Shown: positions 12,438 through 25,073 of the stretch, piece by piece
Layout of the letters: the number at the start of each line of letters is the position of its first letter
Numbering within the stretch: position 1 is the first letter of the stretch
Origin: Squalus acanthias
Lineage: Eukaryota
Assembly: GCA_030390025.1 (NCBI GenBank)
Contig: CM059431.1
Span: 98,334,001 to 98,398,000, forward strand
Direction: 5' to 3'
Length of the DNA stretch: 64,000 nt
Made by a program: the position numbers and the translations under genes
The notes under the pieces: model-generated
What the model saw: only the letters and a program-made list of their open reading frames with translations
Databases searched by the model: none
What the model was told of the DNA's origin: nothing

Positions 12438-12939
12438 TAATTAAAACAAGAAAATGGGAAAAAAAGACACTTCATTTTTTTAACACCCCTATAACTTTTC
12501 TCCCAGGTCCAGGGAGATTAATCTATAATAACCCTACCCTGCCCCCTCCACCCACCCCCACCCCTGCCCCACACACAAAGCAACCACAGAACTCCCAACT
12601 TAAACGCACCCCAGCTAGGCCCTGGCATTCCAGCCAACTCCTTACGGAGCACGTTCAGCATTACAGCAGTGGCTTTTCAGCCCCATTCTATTCCAGTTGG
12701 TGACACAGAGCGGGATTAAAACCGAGTGTTTTATTTGGGAATTTGGAAAGAGTGGGAATTCGGAGAAGAGAGGGAAGGAGTTGTTGCTTTTTGCCTCCAC
12801 TACTTGTAGTGCTTTGTGTTACAGGTAGATATTTAATTTCAATACCTTTAACTTAATCTAGCTCAAGTAAGTAGTCAAGAAACCACACTGTAAACTAAGT
12901 TAACTAATTACAAATTTAATTAAATAAAAAAATATAGGG

Positions 12940-13887
12940 ATGGCAGTGCAGGTGGTGTGCCGCAACTGCAGCATGTGGGAGTTTATGGAGAGCATTGTGA
13001 TCCCGGACAACCACGTTTGCAGTAAGTGCCTGCATTTTGAGGAACTTCAGCTCAGAGTTTTTGAGCTGGAGTCTGAGGTGCAGACATTGCGGAGCATCAG
13101 GGATGGGGAGAGTTACCTGGACACTTTGATCCAGGAGGCAGTCACACCCCTTAGGTTAGGTAGTGGTACAGGTCTGGTTAGTGGTCAGGGACAGGAGGGT
13201 GTAACTGCAACTCAGGCAGGTAAGGGGACCCCAGGTGCAGTTCTGGAGGAGCCTCAGCCTTTGCCCTTGTCCAACATGAGGTTCTTGCTGCCTGTGTGGA
13301 TGAGGGAAATGCCTGCATGATGGTTGAGCAAGCTGACCATGGTGCAGGAGGCCATTCAAGTGGAGGGAGTGAAAGGGAATGTAGTTGTGGTAGGGGACAA
13401 TATAGTCAGGGGGATAGATACTGTTCTCTGCAGCCGCGATCGAGAGTTCCGAAGGTTGTGTTGCCTGCCCGGTGCCAGGGTTAAAGACATCTCCTCGCGG
13501 CTGGAGGAGAATCTGGAGTGGGAGGGGGAGGATCCAGTTGTCGTGGTCCACGTAGGAACCAACGACATAGGTAGAACTAGGAATGAGGTTCTGCTGAGGG
13601 AGTTTGAGGAGCTAGGATCCAAATTAAAAAGCAAAACCTCAAAAGTAATAATCTCTGGATTGTTACCTGAGCCACGTGCAAATTGGCATAGGGACAAACA
13701 GATTAGAGGTTTAAATGCGTGGCTCAAAGAGTGGTGTGGGAGGAAGGGGTTTCAGTTGATGGGGCACTGGCACCAGTACTGGGGAAAGAGGGAGCTGTTC
13801 CGTTGGGACGGGCTCCACTTAAGCCGGGCTGGAACCAGTGTCCTGGCGAACCGAATAAATAGGGCAGTAGACAGGGCTTTAAACTAA
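12940..13887 (+). pseudogene. CR1 ORF1: zinc finger/leucine zipper + SGNH/GDSL esterase domain, frameshifted
   Basis: CRNC...CSKC plus heptad leucines (12940-13320). Esterase blocks VVVGDNIVRG, VVVHVGTND and DGLHL (13324-13887). Frame disruption near 13275-13330; the GDS serine reads as Asn. Confidence 0.9.
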
Positions 13888-15998
13888 TGAAGGGGGGGTG
13901 GGAGGATTCAGGAAAGAGTAAATTTAAAAGCAGCGAGAGAAATGCCAAGGCTCTAGAGCAGAGCAGAGTTTTGGGTAAATATAAGCAGAGTGGGTCAGGA
14001 AGGGACAGAGAGAGTAACAAAGGTAATAAGGAATTAGTGACTAAGGTGATAGCAGGGAAAAAGAGAAATAAGTCAAAGCTACAGGCACTATATCTAAATA
14101 CGCGAAGCATTTGCAACAAAATAGATGAATTAATAGCGCAAATAGAAATTTATAGGTTTGATCTAATAGCCATTACGGAGATGTGGTTGCAATGTGGCCA
14201 AGGTTGGGAACTAAATATTCCAGGTTACTTAACATTTAGAAGAGATAGGCAAAATGGAAAAGGACGAGGGGCAGCCCTAATAATAAAGGATGGGATAAAG
14301 ACAGTAGAAAGAAAGGATCTTAGCTCCGAAAATCAAGAAGTAGAATCAGTTTGGGTAGAGCTAAGAAACAGCAAGGGGCAGAAAACATTGGTGGGAGTTG
14401 TTTATAGGCCCTCAAACAGTAGTTGTAATGTAGGGCAGAGTAAAAATCAGGAAATTAGAGGCGCATGTAACAAGGGTAATACAGTAATCATGGGGGACTT
14501 TAATCTACATATAGACTGGGCAAACCAAATTTGCAGTAATAGTGTGGAGGACAATTTCATGGAATGTATGCAAGATAGTTTTCTAGATCAGTATGTTGAG
14601 GAACCAACTCGGGAACAGGCTATTTTAGATCTAGTATTGTGCAACGAGAAAGGGTTAATTAATAACCTTGTAGTAAAGGGGCCTTTAGGGAAGAGTGACC
14701 ATAATATGATAGAATTTTATATTGAGTTTGAAAGTGATTTAGTTAAATCCGAAACTAGGGTCTTAAATCTAAACAAAGCAAACTACATAGGTATGAGGGG
14801 CGAGTTGGCTAAGGTAGATTGGGAAACTACATTAAAAGGTATGACGGTAGAGAAGCAATGGCTAGCATTTAAAGAATTAATACATAATTTACAACAAATA
14901 TGCATTCCTTTAAGGCACAAAAACCCCACAGGAAAAGTAGCTAACCAGAGAAGTTAAAGGAAGTATTAGATCAAAGGAAGAGGCTTATAATGTTGCCAAA
15001 AAGAGTAGTAAGGCTGAGGATTGGGAGGATTTTAGAATTCAGCAAAGGAGGACCAAGAAATTGATGAAGAAAGGGAAAATAGAATATGAGAGTAAAATAG
15101 CGAGAGACGTAAAAACAGACTGTAAAAGCTTCTATAGGTATTTAAAAAGGAAAAGATTAGCGAAAGTAAATGTGGGTCCCTTACAGGCTGAGACAGGAGA
15201 AATTATAATGGGGAATAAGGAAATGGCAGAGAAATTAAACAAATACTTTGTGACTGTCTTCATGGAAGAAGACGCAAAAAACCTCCCGGAAATAGTGGAG
15301 AACCAAGGGTCTAGCGAGAATGAGGAACTGAAAGAAATTAGTATTAGTAAAAAAATAGTACTGGAGAAATTAATGGGACTGAAAAGCCGATAAATCCCCT
15401 GCAGTTGACGGCCTACATCCTAGGGTTTTGAAAGAGGTGGCTATAGAGATAGTGGATGCATTGGTTGTCATTTTCCAAAATTCCATAGATTCTAGAACGG
15501 TAACCGTGGATTGGAAGGTAGCAAATGTAACCCCACTATTTAAGAAAGTAGGGAGAGAGAAAACGGGGAACTACAAACCAGTTAGCCTGACATCAGTAGT
15601 AGGAAAAATGCTAGAATCCATTATTAAGGACATGGTAACAGGGCACTTAGAAAATAATAACAGGATTGGGCAGAGTCAACATGGATTTATCAAAGGGAAA
15701 TCATGTTTGATGAAACTGTTAAGAGTTTTTTTGAGGTTGTAACTAGCTGAATATATAAGGGGACACCAGTGGATGTGGTGCATTTGGATTTTCAGAAGGC
15801 ATTCGATAAGGTGCCACACAAGAGGTTATTAAACAAAATTAGGGCTCATGGGATTGGGAGTAATATATTAGCATGGATTGAGGATTGGTTAACAGACAGA
15901 AAACAGAGAGTAGGAATAAACGGGTCATTTTCGGGTTGGCAGGCTGTAACTAGTGGGGTACCGCAAGGATCAGTGCTTGGGTCTCAGCTATTCACAAT

Positions 15999-16250
15999 GG
16001 GGCAGAAATTCGGGTCTCCACGGGTGAGTACGCGCTGTGTACTCACCCGTAGACCCAACGAAAGTGCCGGTTTCACGCATGCACTGCGCATGCGCTGGAA
16101 TCCGGAACTTCCGTTCCCTTGAAGGAAGGGGTTCGGAGGTCAAACGCGTGCGCCAGAGAGGCAGCGCGCACGCAGCGAACATCGTTTTATTTACAGGTTT
16201 TGAAGTGAGGGTAAGTCCCTGGCAGCTGTGCGGGGAAAAAGCAGACGCAA
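15999..16250. mobile_element. One-ended (truncated) MITE, Harbinger-type
   Basis: Begins GGGGCAGAAATTCGG right after RT codons QLFT. Similar to the reverse complement of 16820-17038; no right TIR seen. Confidence 0.75.
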
Positions 16251-16285
16251 ATATCAATGATTTGGATGAGGGGACCAAATGTAAT

Positions 16286-17038
16286 GGCCTAGAAATTCGA
16301 TTCGGAGGCTTGCCGCAGGGGTAAGGATCGTGCGCTCTTACCTACCGCGTCTGCCGTCCTTGTTTGCCCCTGCAGGAACTTCAGGTCCTGGGCCTCTCCC
16401 TAGTGCCGGCGTGCAGTGCTTGCGTGTTCCAGGGGCGCAGTTAGTGCGATGCGACCCCTGGGATCACGTGGGCCATGGAGAGCCAATGGCAGCAGACCAT
16501 CTTTCATTCATAGATTTGACAGGAGACCTGTCAAATCTGTGAATTAAAATCGGCCCCAAAAGAACAGCTAAACCTCAAATAAATTTAAAAAAAAAACCAT
16601 CACATTAATAAAATAACTATAGTTAAATAAATTAACCACTTTAAACAAAAATTTAAATTTTTGAAAAAATTAAAATTGTTATAAAAATAAACTTACCTTT
16701 CTTTAAAGTCTCTAAAAAAGATAAACCTGTTGAAAAAAATTTAAAATTTTACTTAATTAACGACTTACCTTGTTCAAAAGGGGTCTTACGCCTCCTTTTT
16801 ACTTGTGTAGAATCTTCAATACTTACCCTCGCGTTGAAACCTGAAAAGAAACCTAAGTGTGCTGCATGCGCGCAGCCTCTAGTGAGCACGCGGTTCACTT
16901 AGGAACCGCCCCCTTCGCCATACCGGAATTGCCGGTTTCCCGTGCATGCGCAGTGCATGCAGGAAAACGGCACTTCGGGAATGAATACGGGTGAGTACGC
17001 ACTGAGTACTCACCCAAGAACGGCCGAATTTTTGGGCC
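16286..17038. mobile_element. MITE, PIF/Harbinger-type, 753 bp
   Basis: TIRs GGCCTAGAAATTCG / CGAATTTTTGGGCC and 3-bp TSD AAT. Removing it restores the RT reading TKCN-ISKFADD. Confidence 0.88.
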
Positions 17039-18321
17039 AATATATCCAAATTTGCTGATGATACAAAGCTGGGTGGGAATGTAAGTTGTGAGGAGGATGC
17101 AAGAAGGAGGCTTCAAGGGGATATAGACAGGCTAAGTGAGTGGGCAAGAACATGGAAAATGGAATATAATGGGGAGAAATGTGAAGTTCTCCACTTTGGC
17201 AGGAAAAATAGAAAAGCAGGGTATCTTTTAAATGGTGAGAGATTGGGAAAGGTTGGTGTTCAGAGGGACCTGGGTGTCCTTGTACACGAATCACTGAAAG
17301 TTAACATGCAGGTACAGCAAGCAATTAGGAAAGCAAATGGTATGTTGGCCTTTATTACAAGAGGATTTGAGTATAAGAGTAAAGACGTCTTACTGCAATT
17401 ACATAGGGCCCTGGTGAGACCACACCTGGAGTATTGTGTACAGTTTTGGTCTCCTTACCTAAGGAAGGATATACTTGCCATAGAGGGAGTGCAACAAAGG
17501 TTCACCAGACTGGTTCCTGGGATGGGGGGATTGTCCTATGAGGACAGATTGAGTAGACAAGGCCTATATTCTCTAGAGTTTAGAAGAATGAGAGGTGATC
17601 TCATTGAAACATACAAAATTCTTACAGGGCTTGACAGGGTAGATGCAGGGAGGATGTTTCCCCTGGCTGAGGAGTCTAGAACTAGGAGGGTCACAGTCTC
17701 AGAATAAGGGGTCGGCCATTTAGGACTGAGATGAGGAGAAATTTCTTCACTCAGAGGGTGGTGAATCTTTGGAATTCTCTACCCCAGAGGGCTGTGGAGG
17801 CTCAGTCAGTGAGTATATTCAAGACACAGATCGACAGATTTTTGAATATTAAGGGAATCAAGGGATACGGAGATCGGGTGGGAAGGTGGAGATGAGGCAG
17901 AAGATCAGCCATGATCTCATGGAATGGCGGAGCAGGCTCGAGGGGCCGTATGGCCGACTCCTGCTCCTATTTCTTATGTTCTTATAATGTTCTTATGTTC
18001 TAATGCTGTGAACTGCTCTGCTACAGATTCACACGCCCCTGTCTGATATACTTACATTTAATCCTATTTACTCCTGCGCGTTGATATCATTTACGTAGAG
18101 TGACCTCTTCTCCCGGTGCAGCTGCTGAATTAACGAGTCTTCACGTAACACCCCCGGAACTCCAGCAGATGTTGGTGTGTAAACATGTTGGATTTGACCC
18201 CATGGATAAACGCACTGCATTCCCAGGCGGGAGGCTCGTTTCCTTGCAAAACTCTCCCAAATGTACAAGGGAATAATTTACCCACACCCTACTGCAGGTG
18301 TTTATATTAATATTAATAGTA

Positions 18322-19693
18322 AGTGTCAGCTTGGCTCAGTGAGTAGAATCTCGCGCCTCTGAGTCAGAAGGTCGTGGCTTCAAGCTTAGCTCCAGGATCT
18401 GAGCATATAATCCAGGCTGACACTTCAGTGAGGTACTGAGGTTGCGCCGCACTGTCGGAGGGGCAGTACTGAGGGAGCGCCGCACTGTCGGAGGGGCAGT
18501 ACTGAGGGAGCGCCGCACTGTCGGGGGGGCAGTACTGAGGGAGCGCTGCACTGTCGGAGGGGCAGTACTGAGGGAGCGCTGCACTGTCGGGGGGGCAGTA
18601 CTGAGGGAGTGCCGCACTGTCGGAGGGGCAGTACTGAGGGAGCACCGCACTGTCGGAGGGGCAGTACTGAGGGAGCGCCACACTGTCGGAGGGTCAGTAC
18701 TGAGGGAGCGCCGCACTGTCGGAGGGGCAGTACTGAGGGAGCGCCGCACTGTCGGAGGGTCAGTACTGAGGGAGCGCCGCACTGTCAGAGGGGCAGTACT
18801 GAGGGAGCGCCGCACTGTCGGGGGGGCAGTACTGAGGGAGCGCTGCACTGTCGGGGGGGCAGTACTGAGGGAGCGCTGCACTGTCGGGGGGGCAGAACTG
18901 AGGGAGTGCCGCACTGTCGGAGGGGCAGTACTGAGGGAGCACCGCACTGTCGGAGGGGCAGTACTGAGGGAGCACCACACTGTCGGAGGGTCAGTACTGA
19001 GGGAGCGCCGCACTGTCGGAGGGGCAGTACTGAGGGAGCGCCGCACTGTCGGAGGGTCAGTACTGAGGGAGCGCCGCACTGTCAGAGGGGCAGTACTGAG
19101 GGAGCGCTGCACTGTCGGAGGGGCAGTACTGAGGGAGCGCCGCACTGTCGGGGGGGCAGTACTGAGGGAGCGCGGCCCTATTGGAGGAGCAGCACTGAGG
19201 GAGCGTCGCACTGTCAGAGGGGCAGTACTGAGGGAGCGCTGCACTGTCGGAGGGTCAGTACTGAGGGAGCGCCGCACTGTCAGAGGGGCAGTACTGAGGG
19301 AGCGCTGCACTGTCGGAGGGTCAGTACTGAGGGAGCGCCGCACTGTTGGAGGGTCAGTACTGAGGGAGCGCCGCATTGTCGGAGGGGCAGTACTGAGGGA
19401 GCGCTGCACTGTCAGAGGGTCAGTACTGAGGGAGCGCCGCACTGTCGGAGGGTCAGTACTGAGGGAGCACCGCACTGTCAGAGGGTCAGTACTGAGGGAG
19501 CGCCGCATTGTCGGAGGGGCAGTACTGAGGGAGCGCTGCACTGTCAGAGGGTCAGTACTGAGGGAGTGCCGCACTGTCAGAGGGTCAGTACTGAGGGAGC
19601 GCCGCACTGTCGGAGGGTCAGTACTGAGGGAGCACTGCCCTATTGGAGGGGCAGCACTGAGGGAGCGCCGCACTGTCAGAGGGGCAGTACTGG
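18322..19693 (+). mobile_element. SINE family A head + 33-bp array (18433-19692, about 38 units), 3' body missing
   Basis: tRNA head at 18322-18430, then an uninterrupted 33-bp period (the 11-aa periodic ORFs). Confidence 0.92.
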
Positions 19694-20029
19694 GGGATTT
19701 GTGCACAGTTCACCACTGAAACGCTTGGAGCATGTTCCAGTATTGTTGGAATCTATGATTAATGTGAACATTGCATTTTATTCATCCAATTTGCTGAATT
19801 TTATTGTGAAACAGTCTCTGTTTCTCATTTGAGAATGAGTTATCTTCTTTAGATTTAAAAAATCTTTTTTTCCGGATTCCCATTGGTAGATGTTTAATCT
19901 CAAAAAACAAAAAGCAAAGAGACTTGAGCACCAGACCACCAGATCGCCCACAGTCCGTCCAATCTCCCACACCCCCGCCACACCCAGCCCACTCCGTTCA
20001 CACTCTGGCCCCTCTCGCTGGCCAGGTTG

Positions 20030-20270
20030 GATTTATTGCCCGTCTCTTGTTGCCCCGATAGCGGGTTTGATAGAAACTGAGTGACTTTACTCGGCCGCTT
20101 CAGAGGGCAGTTCAGAATTAACCACATTGGTGTGGGACTGGAGTCACCTATAGGCCCAGACCGGGTAAGGACGGCAGGTTTCCTTCCCGAAAGGACATTA
20201 GTGAACCAGTTGGGTTTTTACGACAATCCGACAGCTTCACGGTCACTTTTACTGAGACCAGCTTTTTATT
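20030..20270 (-). mobile_element. SINE family B fragment
   Basis: GGAGTCACCTATAGGCCCAGACCGGGTAAGGACGGCAGG...GGACATTAGTGAACC, as at 56640-56710. Confidence 0.85.
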
Positions 20271-20739
20271 TTGTTTTACTGGCGCCCTGCTGAACTCACG
20301 CTGAGCTCGGGAGTCTCGGGCTACACGCACTAATAAAGTCTGTTTCTTACACGTCTCCTAAAGTTTTATCATTGGGCAGAACAAGCTGAACGAGGATTTG
20401 ACGTCAAGAGAGAAATCTTCTGGCAGCTGAACGTGCTGTTTAACGGAGATGGGAGGAAAGAATAAGAAAGTAAGTGGCTGCAGGAAAGTGGCTCATTTGC
20501 TCTGAACAACGGCAGCTCCCTCGCCCCCATAGTCAGGCTCCGAGCCAGCTTCTGTTCTGAAGGAAACAGCCAGCTATGTTAGGACACTCAGCAGAAAGCA
20601 GGGAGAATTCAGACACCCACAGGCTCAAAACATCTTGAAGCCATTCAAAAAACTTAATTAACTTCTTGGTAGAATCTTGGGTTTCTGCAGAACAACACCT
20701 TCGCCTGATTGCGAGCCTACACTTCCACCTTCCCCCCCC

Positions 20740-21510
20740 ACTGTGGGTCAGAGTCCCACTCCAGGACTTGAGTCCATAATCCAGGCTGACACTCCCAGTG
20801 CAGTACTGAGGGAGTGCTGCACTGTCAGAGGGGCAATACTGAGGGAGCGCTGCACTGTCTGAGGGGCAGTACTGAGGGAGTGCTGCACTGTCAGAGGGGC
20901 AATACTGAGGGAGCGCTGCACTGTCAGAGGGGCAGTACTGAGGGAGCGCATCACTGCCGGAGGGGCAGTATTGAGGGAGTGCTGCACTGTCGGAGGGGCA
21001 GTACTGAGGGAGCGCATCACTGCCGGAGGGGCAGTATTGAGGGAGCGCCGCACTGTCGGAGGGGCAGTACTGAGGAAGCGCTGCACTGTCGGAGGGGCAG
21101 TACTGAGGGAGCGCCGCACTGTCGGAGGGACAGTACTGAGGGAGTGCTGCACTGTCGGAGGGACAGTACTGAGGGAGCGCCGCACTGTCGGAGGTGCCGT
21201 CTTTCTGATGAGACATTAACTGAGGCCCCGTCTAATCTCTCAGGTGGACGTAAAAGATCCCATGGCACTATTCGAAGAAGAATTGGGGAGTTCTCCATGG
21301 TGTCCTGGACAATATTTATCCCTCAACCAACATCAGATTATCTGGTCATTATCAAATTGCTGTTTGTTTGATCTTGGTGTGTGCAAATTGGATGCCACGT
21401 TTCCTACATTACAACAGTGACTACACTTCCAAAAGTACTTCATTGGCTGTAAAGCGCTTTGGGACGTCCTGAGGTTGTGAAAGGTGATGAAGAAATGCAA
21501 GTCCTTTTTA
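20740..21510 (+). mobile_element. SINE family A with 33-bp array (20800-21194, about 12 units)
   Basis: Partial head, array, GGTGCCGTCTTTC Deu body and L2-like tail. Confidence 0.9.
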
Positions 21511-22734
21511 TGCTAAAATTCAGATTTTTCTGCAAAAGTGTGAATCATTCTCCATTTGGATTTGGAAAAATGTTTCTGAACCGACCTCTCTGGCTGTATT
21601 CAGTTACTGTTTATTTCCCAGATTCCTAGATAACCTTGTTATCAGTGGTTAGTTACCAGGCACTGTCAAAAAGCAGCATTCACAGTTCAGAGAGCCGGAT
21701 CACTGACACCTCTCGATCACAACCCTCAAACAACTCCAAAAGAAAATTATTCGGGACTCGCAGCGTTTAAATGTCACCTGCTGCATCGGGCTTGGTACGG
21801 TGGCAATGTTTTCTGCTCCGTGTCCGATTTATATGCCGAGCGGTGACTCAGGCTCTGGGAAACTCTGGCCACTCATCCCTCGAACTTACTTTGCAGTAAT
21901 GTACTGTATTGGCTGTGGAGTGTTTGGGGACGAGCTGAGGATGTGAAAGGCGCTATATAAATGCCGGTCTGGGCGAGACTGGACTCTCAGTCTGTGTTTC
22001 TGCCTCTGATTTATCTCCTTGCCTTCACAACTAGAGGGGAGAGCCTGTACCAAACACCCTCTGCTTAGGGCACGGGATCAGAGACTTCCCAACAGGACGG
22101 GCGTGAGACTATTTCTCGATTACTGAGACAGACTAATACATTTCTTATTGTCTTCGGTCTGAGGGGAAATAACGTCACTGCCTGGCCCATTAGTATTTTA
22201 AACACCTTTTCTTGCAGTACTTGTGTGAGTGCACTTTGCTTTAAAAACCCAAAATTTAAATGTAACTCTCTTAACAACTGGTCAACAAATGCTGAAACGT
22301 GAATACCGTAGAAACACATTCCTCACAGTGCTCTGTAAATAATCTTTCCTCAGTTACAAAACACATACATTGGATAAAACAACATCTTTTACATTTCCTT
22401 TCCGTGGTTTGAAGCTTCCCACAAACAAACTATCACAAGTCTGTGGGTTGTGGAGACATATGTTTGATTTGCCCGCTCCGGATTCTGCTCCTCAGCTCAG
22501 AAGAACCATCAAAGGCAGCCTCGAGGTCACAAGCTGCTTCCCTCTTACCCTTTGGTTGCTGACGGAAGATGGTTCGGGGCCAGGGACTGGGCGCACCGAC
22601 CTCTACGCCTGACTTCCCGGCGTGCGCTCCTGGCTGTGCGCGGCTCAGTTGCTGGGAGCGCCGCATCTTAAAACATTCGCCCCCCCTTTTCTCTCTGGCC
22701 ATTGTACTTGCTGAGTGGCTGAAGAAGGTGCTGG

Positions 22735-23098
22735 GTGGGGTCGCCAACTCATTTGGGTATATTCCTGGAGGTTTCATCACATGACCACCCTCCGTGAACC
22801 GCCCCGCCCCCACACTCCCGCCATTGGTCCATCCTCCAGGTGCACTGCCTCCCCGCGGCCAATCGCAAAGTGAACAGACTCTTTGATACCCAATTGGGTG
22901 ATTCTTGACTGTCAGACAAACAGCCTTTTTGCCCCATCCCCAATATTTTTATAATTAATAAATGAAATCGTTTATAGAAAATTAAAAGACCACATTTTTT
23001 TTAACGCTCCGGTGATTTTTCTCCCAGGTTTGCTGGCGGCAGTGTCCTGGAGATTTATCTTCAGTTCCTGAGCCTCCAGGGCAATCCTGGAGGGTTGG
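22735..23098. mobile_element. Degenerate non-autonomous DNA element (hAT-like ends); related fragments at 11986-12510 and 57055-57250
   Basis: Ends GGGGTCGCCAACTC / GAGGGTTGG. Internal GAGGTTTCATCACATGACC recurs at 11988 and about 57087. Confidence 0.6.
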
Positions 23099-24589
23099 AG
23101 AGGATCTGGTATTAGGTCGCCCACATTATATATTTTGCTTCAAGGGATTTGTGCCAGGATTGTAACAAGTTTAAATTGGCTACGGTGATGACTTGCTGGG
23201 AAGTCACATCCATGGGCTTGCTGAAGGGGTTAGCGGGATCCCACAAGCTTCCAAAAGGAAGTGACTCAGCCCAGTTTATGTGGACGGTTTGTAGCCAGAT
23301 TCCCCTCAAGGCAAAGCAGTCTGATTGTTTAAACAGAAGCATGTGTCAGAGGGAGAGCAGCAAACTTATCACAAAACAAATAGTTGCAGGTTCCAAATCC
23401 GCCCAGGTCGCAGAAATAGTATTGCTCACTGCTGTCCTAACGGCCTCTCCCCAAGGCAGTGTGACACTTCCAATGGCCCCAGCCCTTTGACGGCCCATTA
23501 ACTGTGGTGGGCGTTGGTTCTGTTTAGCAAACTCACACTTTGTCCCTGAAGTTGTGTGGGAGGCCAGAGTCAAGGCTCCAAGAAACTGCCCCGACATTTG
23601 TAAAGGGGCTGAGTTTTGATCAATTGTGAATGTAAAGCTCCATCTTGTCGCAACCTGGATCAAAAGAACTGGCATTTCTCCAGCGTCTTTCACCACCTCA
23701 GGACGTCCCAAAGCGCTTTACAGCCAATGAAGTACTTTTGAAGTGTGGTCACTGTTGTAATGCATCAAAGGGGAGAGAGTATTACATCTGGGGCTGGTGA
23801 CTTGAACTGATCAGCTCCCACCTCAATGCACCACTAGATGGATCTGAGGCTGTAGGATCTGCATGAAAGCTTTTCGTCACAGACACATGGTCCAAATTAC
23901 AAAAGCTCCTGTAGGATTCTACCAGGAGACAAGACTTTAAATGTTTTGGAACTATTTAAAAGTACTGGTGAGAAATCAAGGGTTAGAAATTGGACCTTGT
24001 TGTGTCTGTTTTATGGGCGTAAATCGGGTGCGACGAGGGCCAATTTTGGGACCATGGTCCTGCGCCCTGAAAGAAGTCTGACCAAATATTGGGCCGGGCC
24101 ATTTTTTCAGGCGCCCAGGGTGGCCACCTAAATCGGGCATAAGGTCCTTTGCAGATATGCTAATGAGGGGCCTAGGCCCGCTCTGGGAAATTGGGCGAGT
24201 CTGAGCCGAGGGGTCATCGCTCATCCTTGCCACGCTATATCCTGGATCGGTTGTGAAGATGGGAATGATCCCTAATCGTAGAGAGTGCGGTCTTGCCTAA
24301 TGGAAGCTAAACTTCAGCGTGTGTGCAAATGAGAAGTATGAAGAGATACCAAATCAGAACAGGAGCATAGGGGCCAATGAGCAAGTGCTTGTGTGGACAG
24401 AGCATCGGCAAGTCTTATTATTTGTAACATTTGTTAGTTTGAAATCCAAATCCATTGGATAATAATCTTCCTCTCTTTTTGTCGAATCATATTAAAGAGT
24501 AGAAAACACAAACTGCATTAGTAAAATTAATCGTGTTATCGCTTTCTGCTCATCATTCCCCTGCTTTAGGTCACTCCATCGAGCCAGAC

Positions 24590-24995
24590 TTAGGAGCATA
24601 GGAACAGGAGGAGGCCATTCAGCCCCTCAAGCCTGTTCCGCCATTCAATTAGATCATGGCTAATCTGTACCTCAGTTCTATTTTCCCGCTTTTGCTCCAT
24701 ATCCCCCGATACCCTTACCCAACAAAAATCTCTCGATCTCAGTCTTCAAAGCTTCAATTGACCCCCCAGCATCCACAGCCTTTTTGGGGGAGAGAGTTCC
24801 AGATTTCCACCACCCTTTGTGTGAAGAAGTGCTTCCTGACATCACCCCTGAACGGCCTGGCTCTAACTTTAAAATCATGTCACCATGTTCTTGATTCTCT
24901 CACCAGAGGAAATAGTTTCTCCACATCTACTTTATCGAATTCTCTTTACATTTTAAACACCTCTATCAGATCACCCCTCAATCTCTTAGGTTCCA
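24590..24995 (-). mobile_element. CR1 3' fragment
   Basis: Reverse complement of the CR1 3' end; ORF 24678-24878 (-) LKTEIERFL. Confidence 0.88.
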
Positions 24996-25073
24996 GGGAC
25001 TTTGTCACTTCAGTACCCACCCAGAGAAACCTAGGGGACACTTTCTGCTCGAAGTAGTTCTGTCCGTGTGGCA

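Larger units (their letters stand above)
13887..17860 (+). pseudogene. CR1 ORF2: APE endonuclease + reverse transcriptase, frameshifted and split by MITEs
   Basis: YLNTRS, IAITEMW, VVYRP, IMGDFN, SDH (APE). NYKPVSLTS, QHGF, DFQKAFDKVPH, GVPQGSVLG and KFADDTK at about 17048 (RT). Confidence 0.93.
12700..18001 (+). mobile_element. Near full-length CR1 LINE, inactive, interrupted by two MITE insertions
   Basis: 5' UTR, ORF1, ORF2 and 3' UTR with (TTCTTATG)n tail lie in order. Several frameshifts; 5' boundary approximate. Confidence 0.95.

Noticed and set aside
12700..18001. Active CR1 element
   Set aside because: Frameshifts in both ORFs and two MITE insertions in the RT.
18433..19692. 33-bp palindromic repeats as a CRISPR array (also the other seven arrays)
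   Set aside because: Units are contiguous with no unique spacers, there are no cas genes, the context is eukaryotic, and each array is embedded in a SINE.
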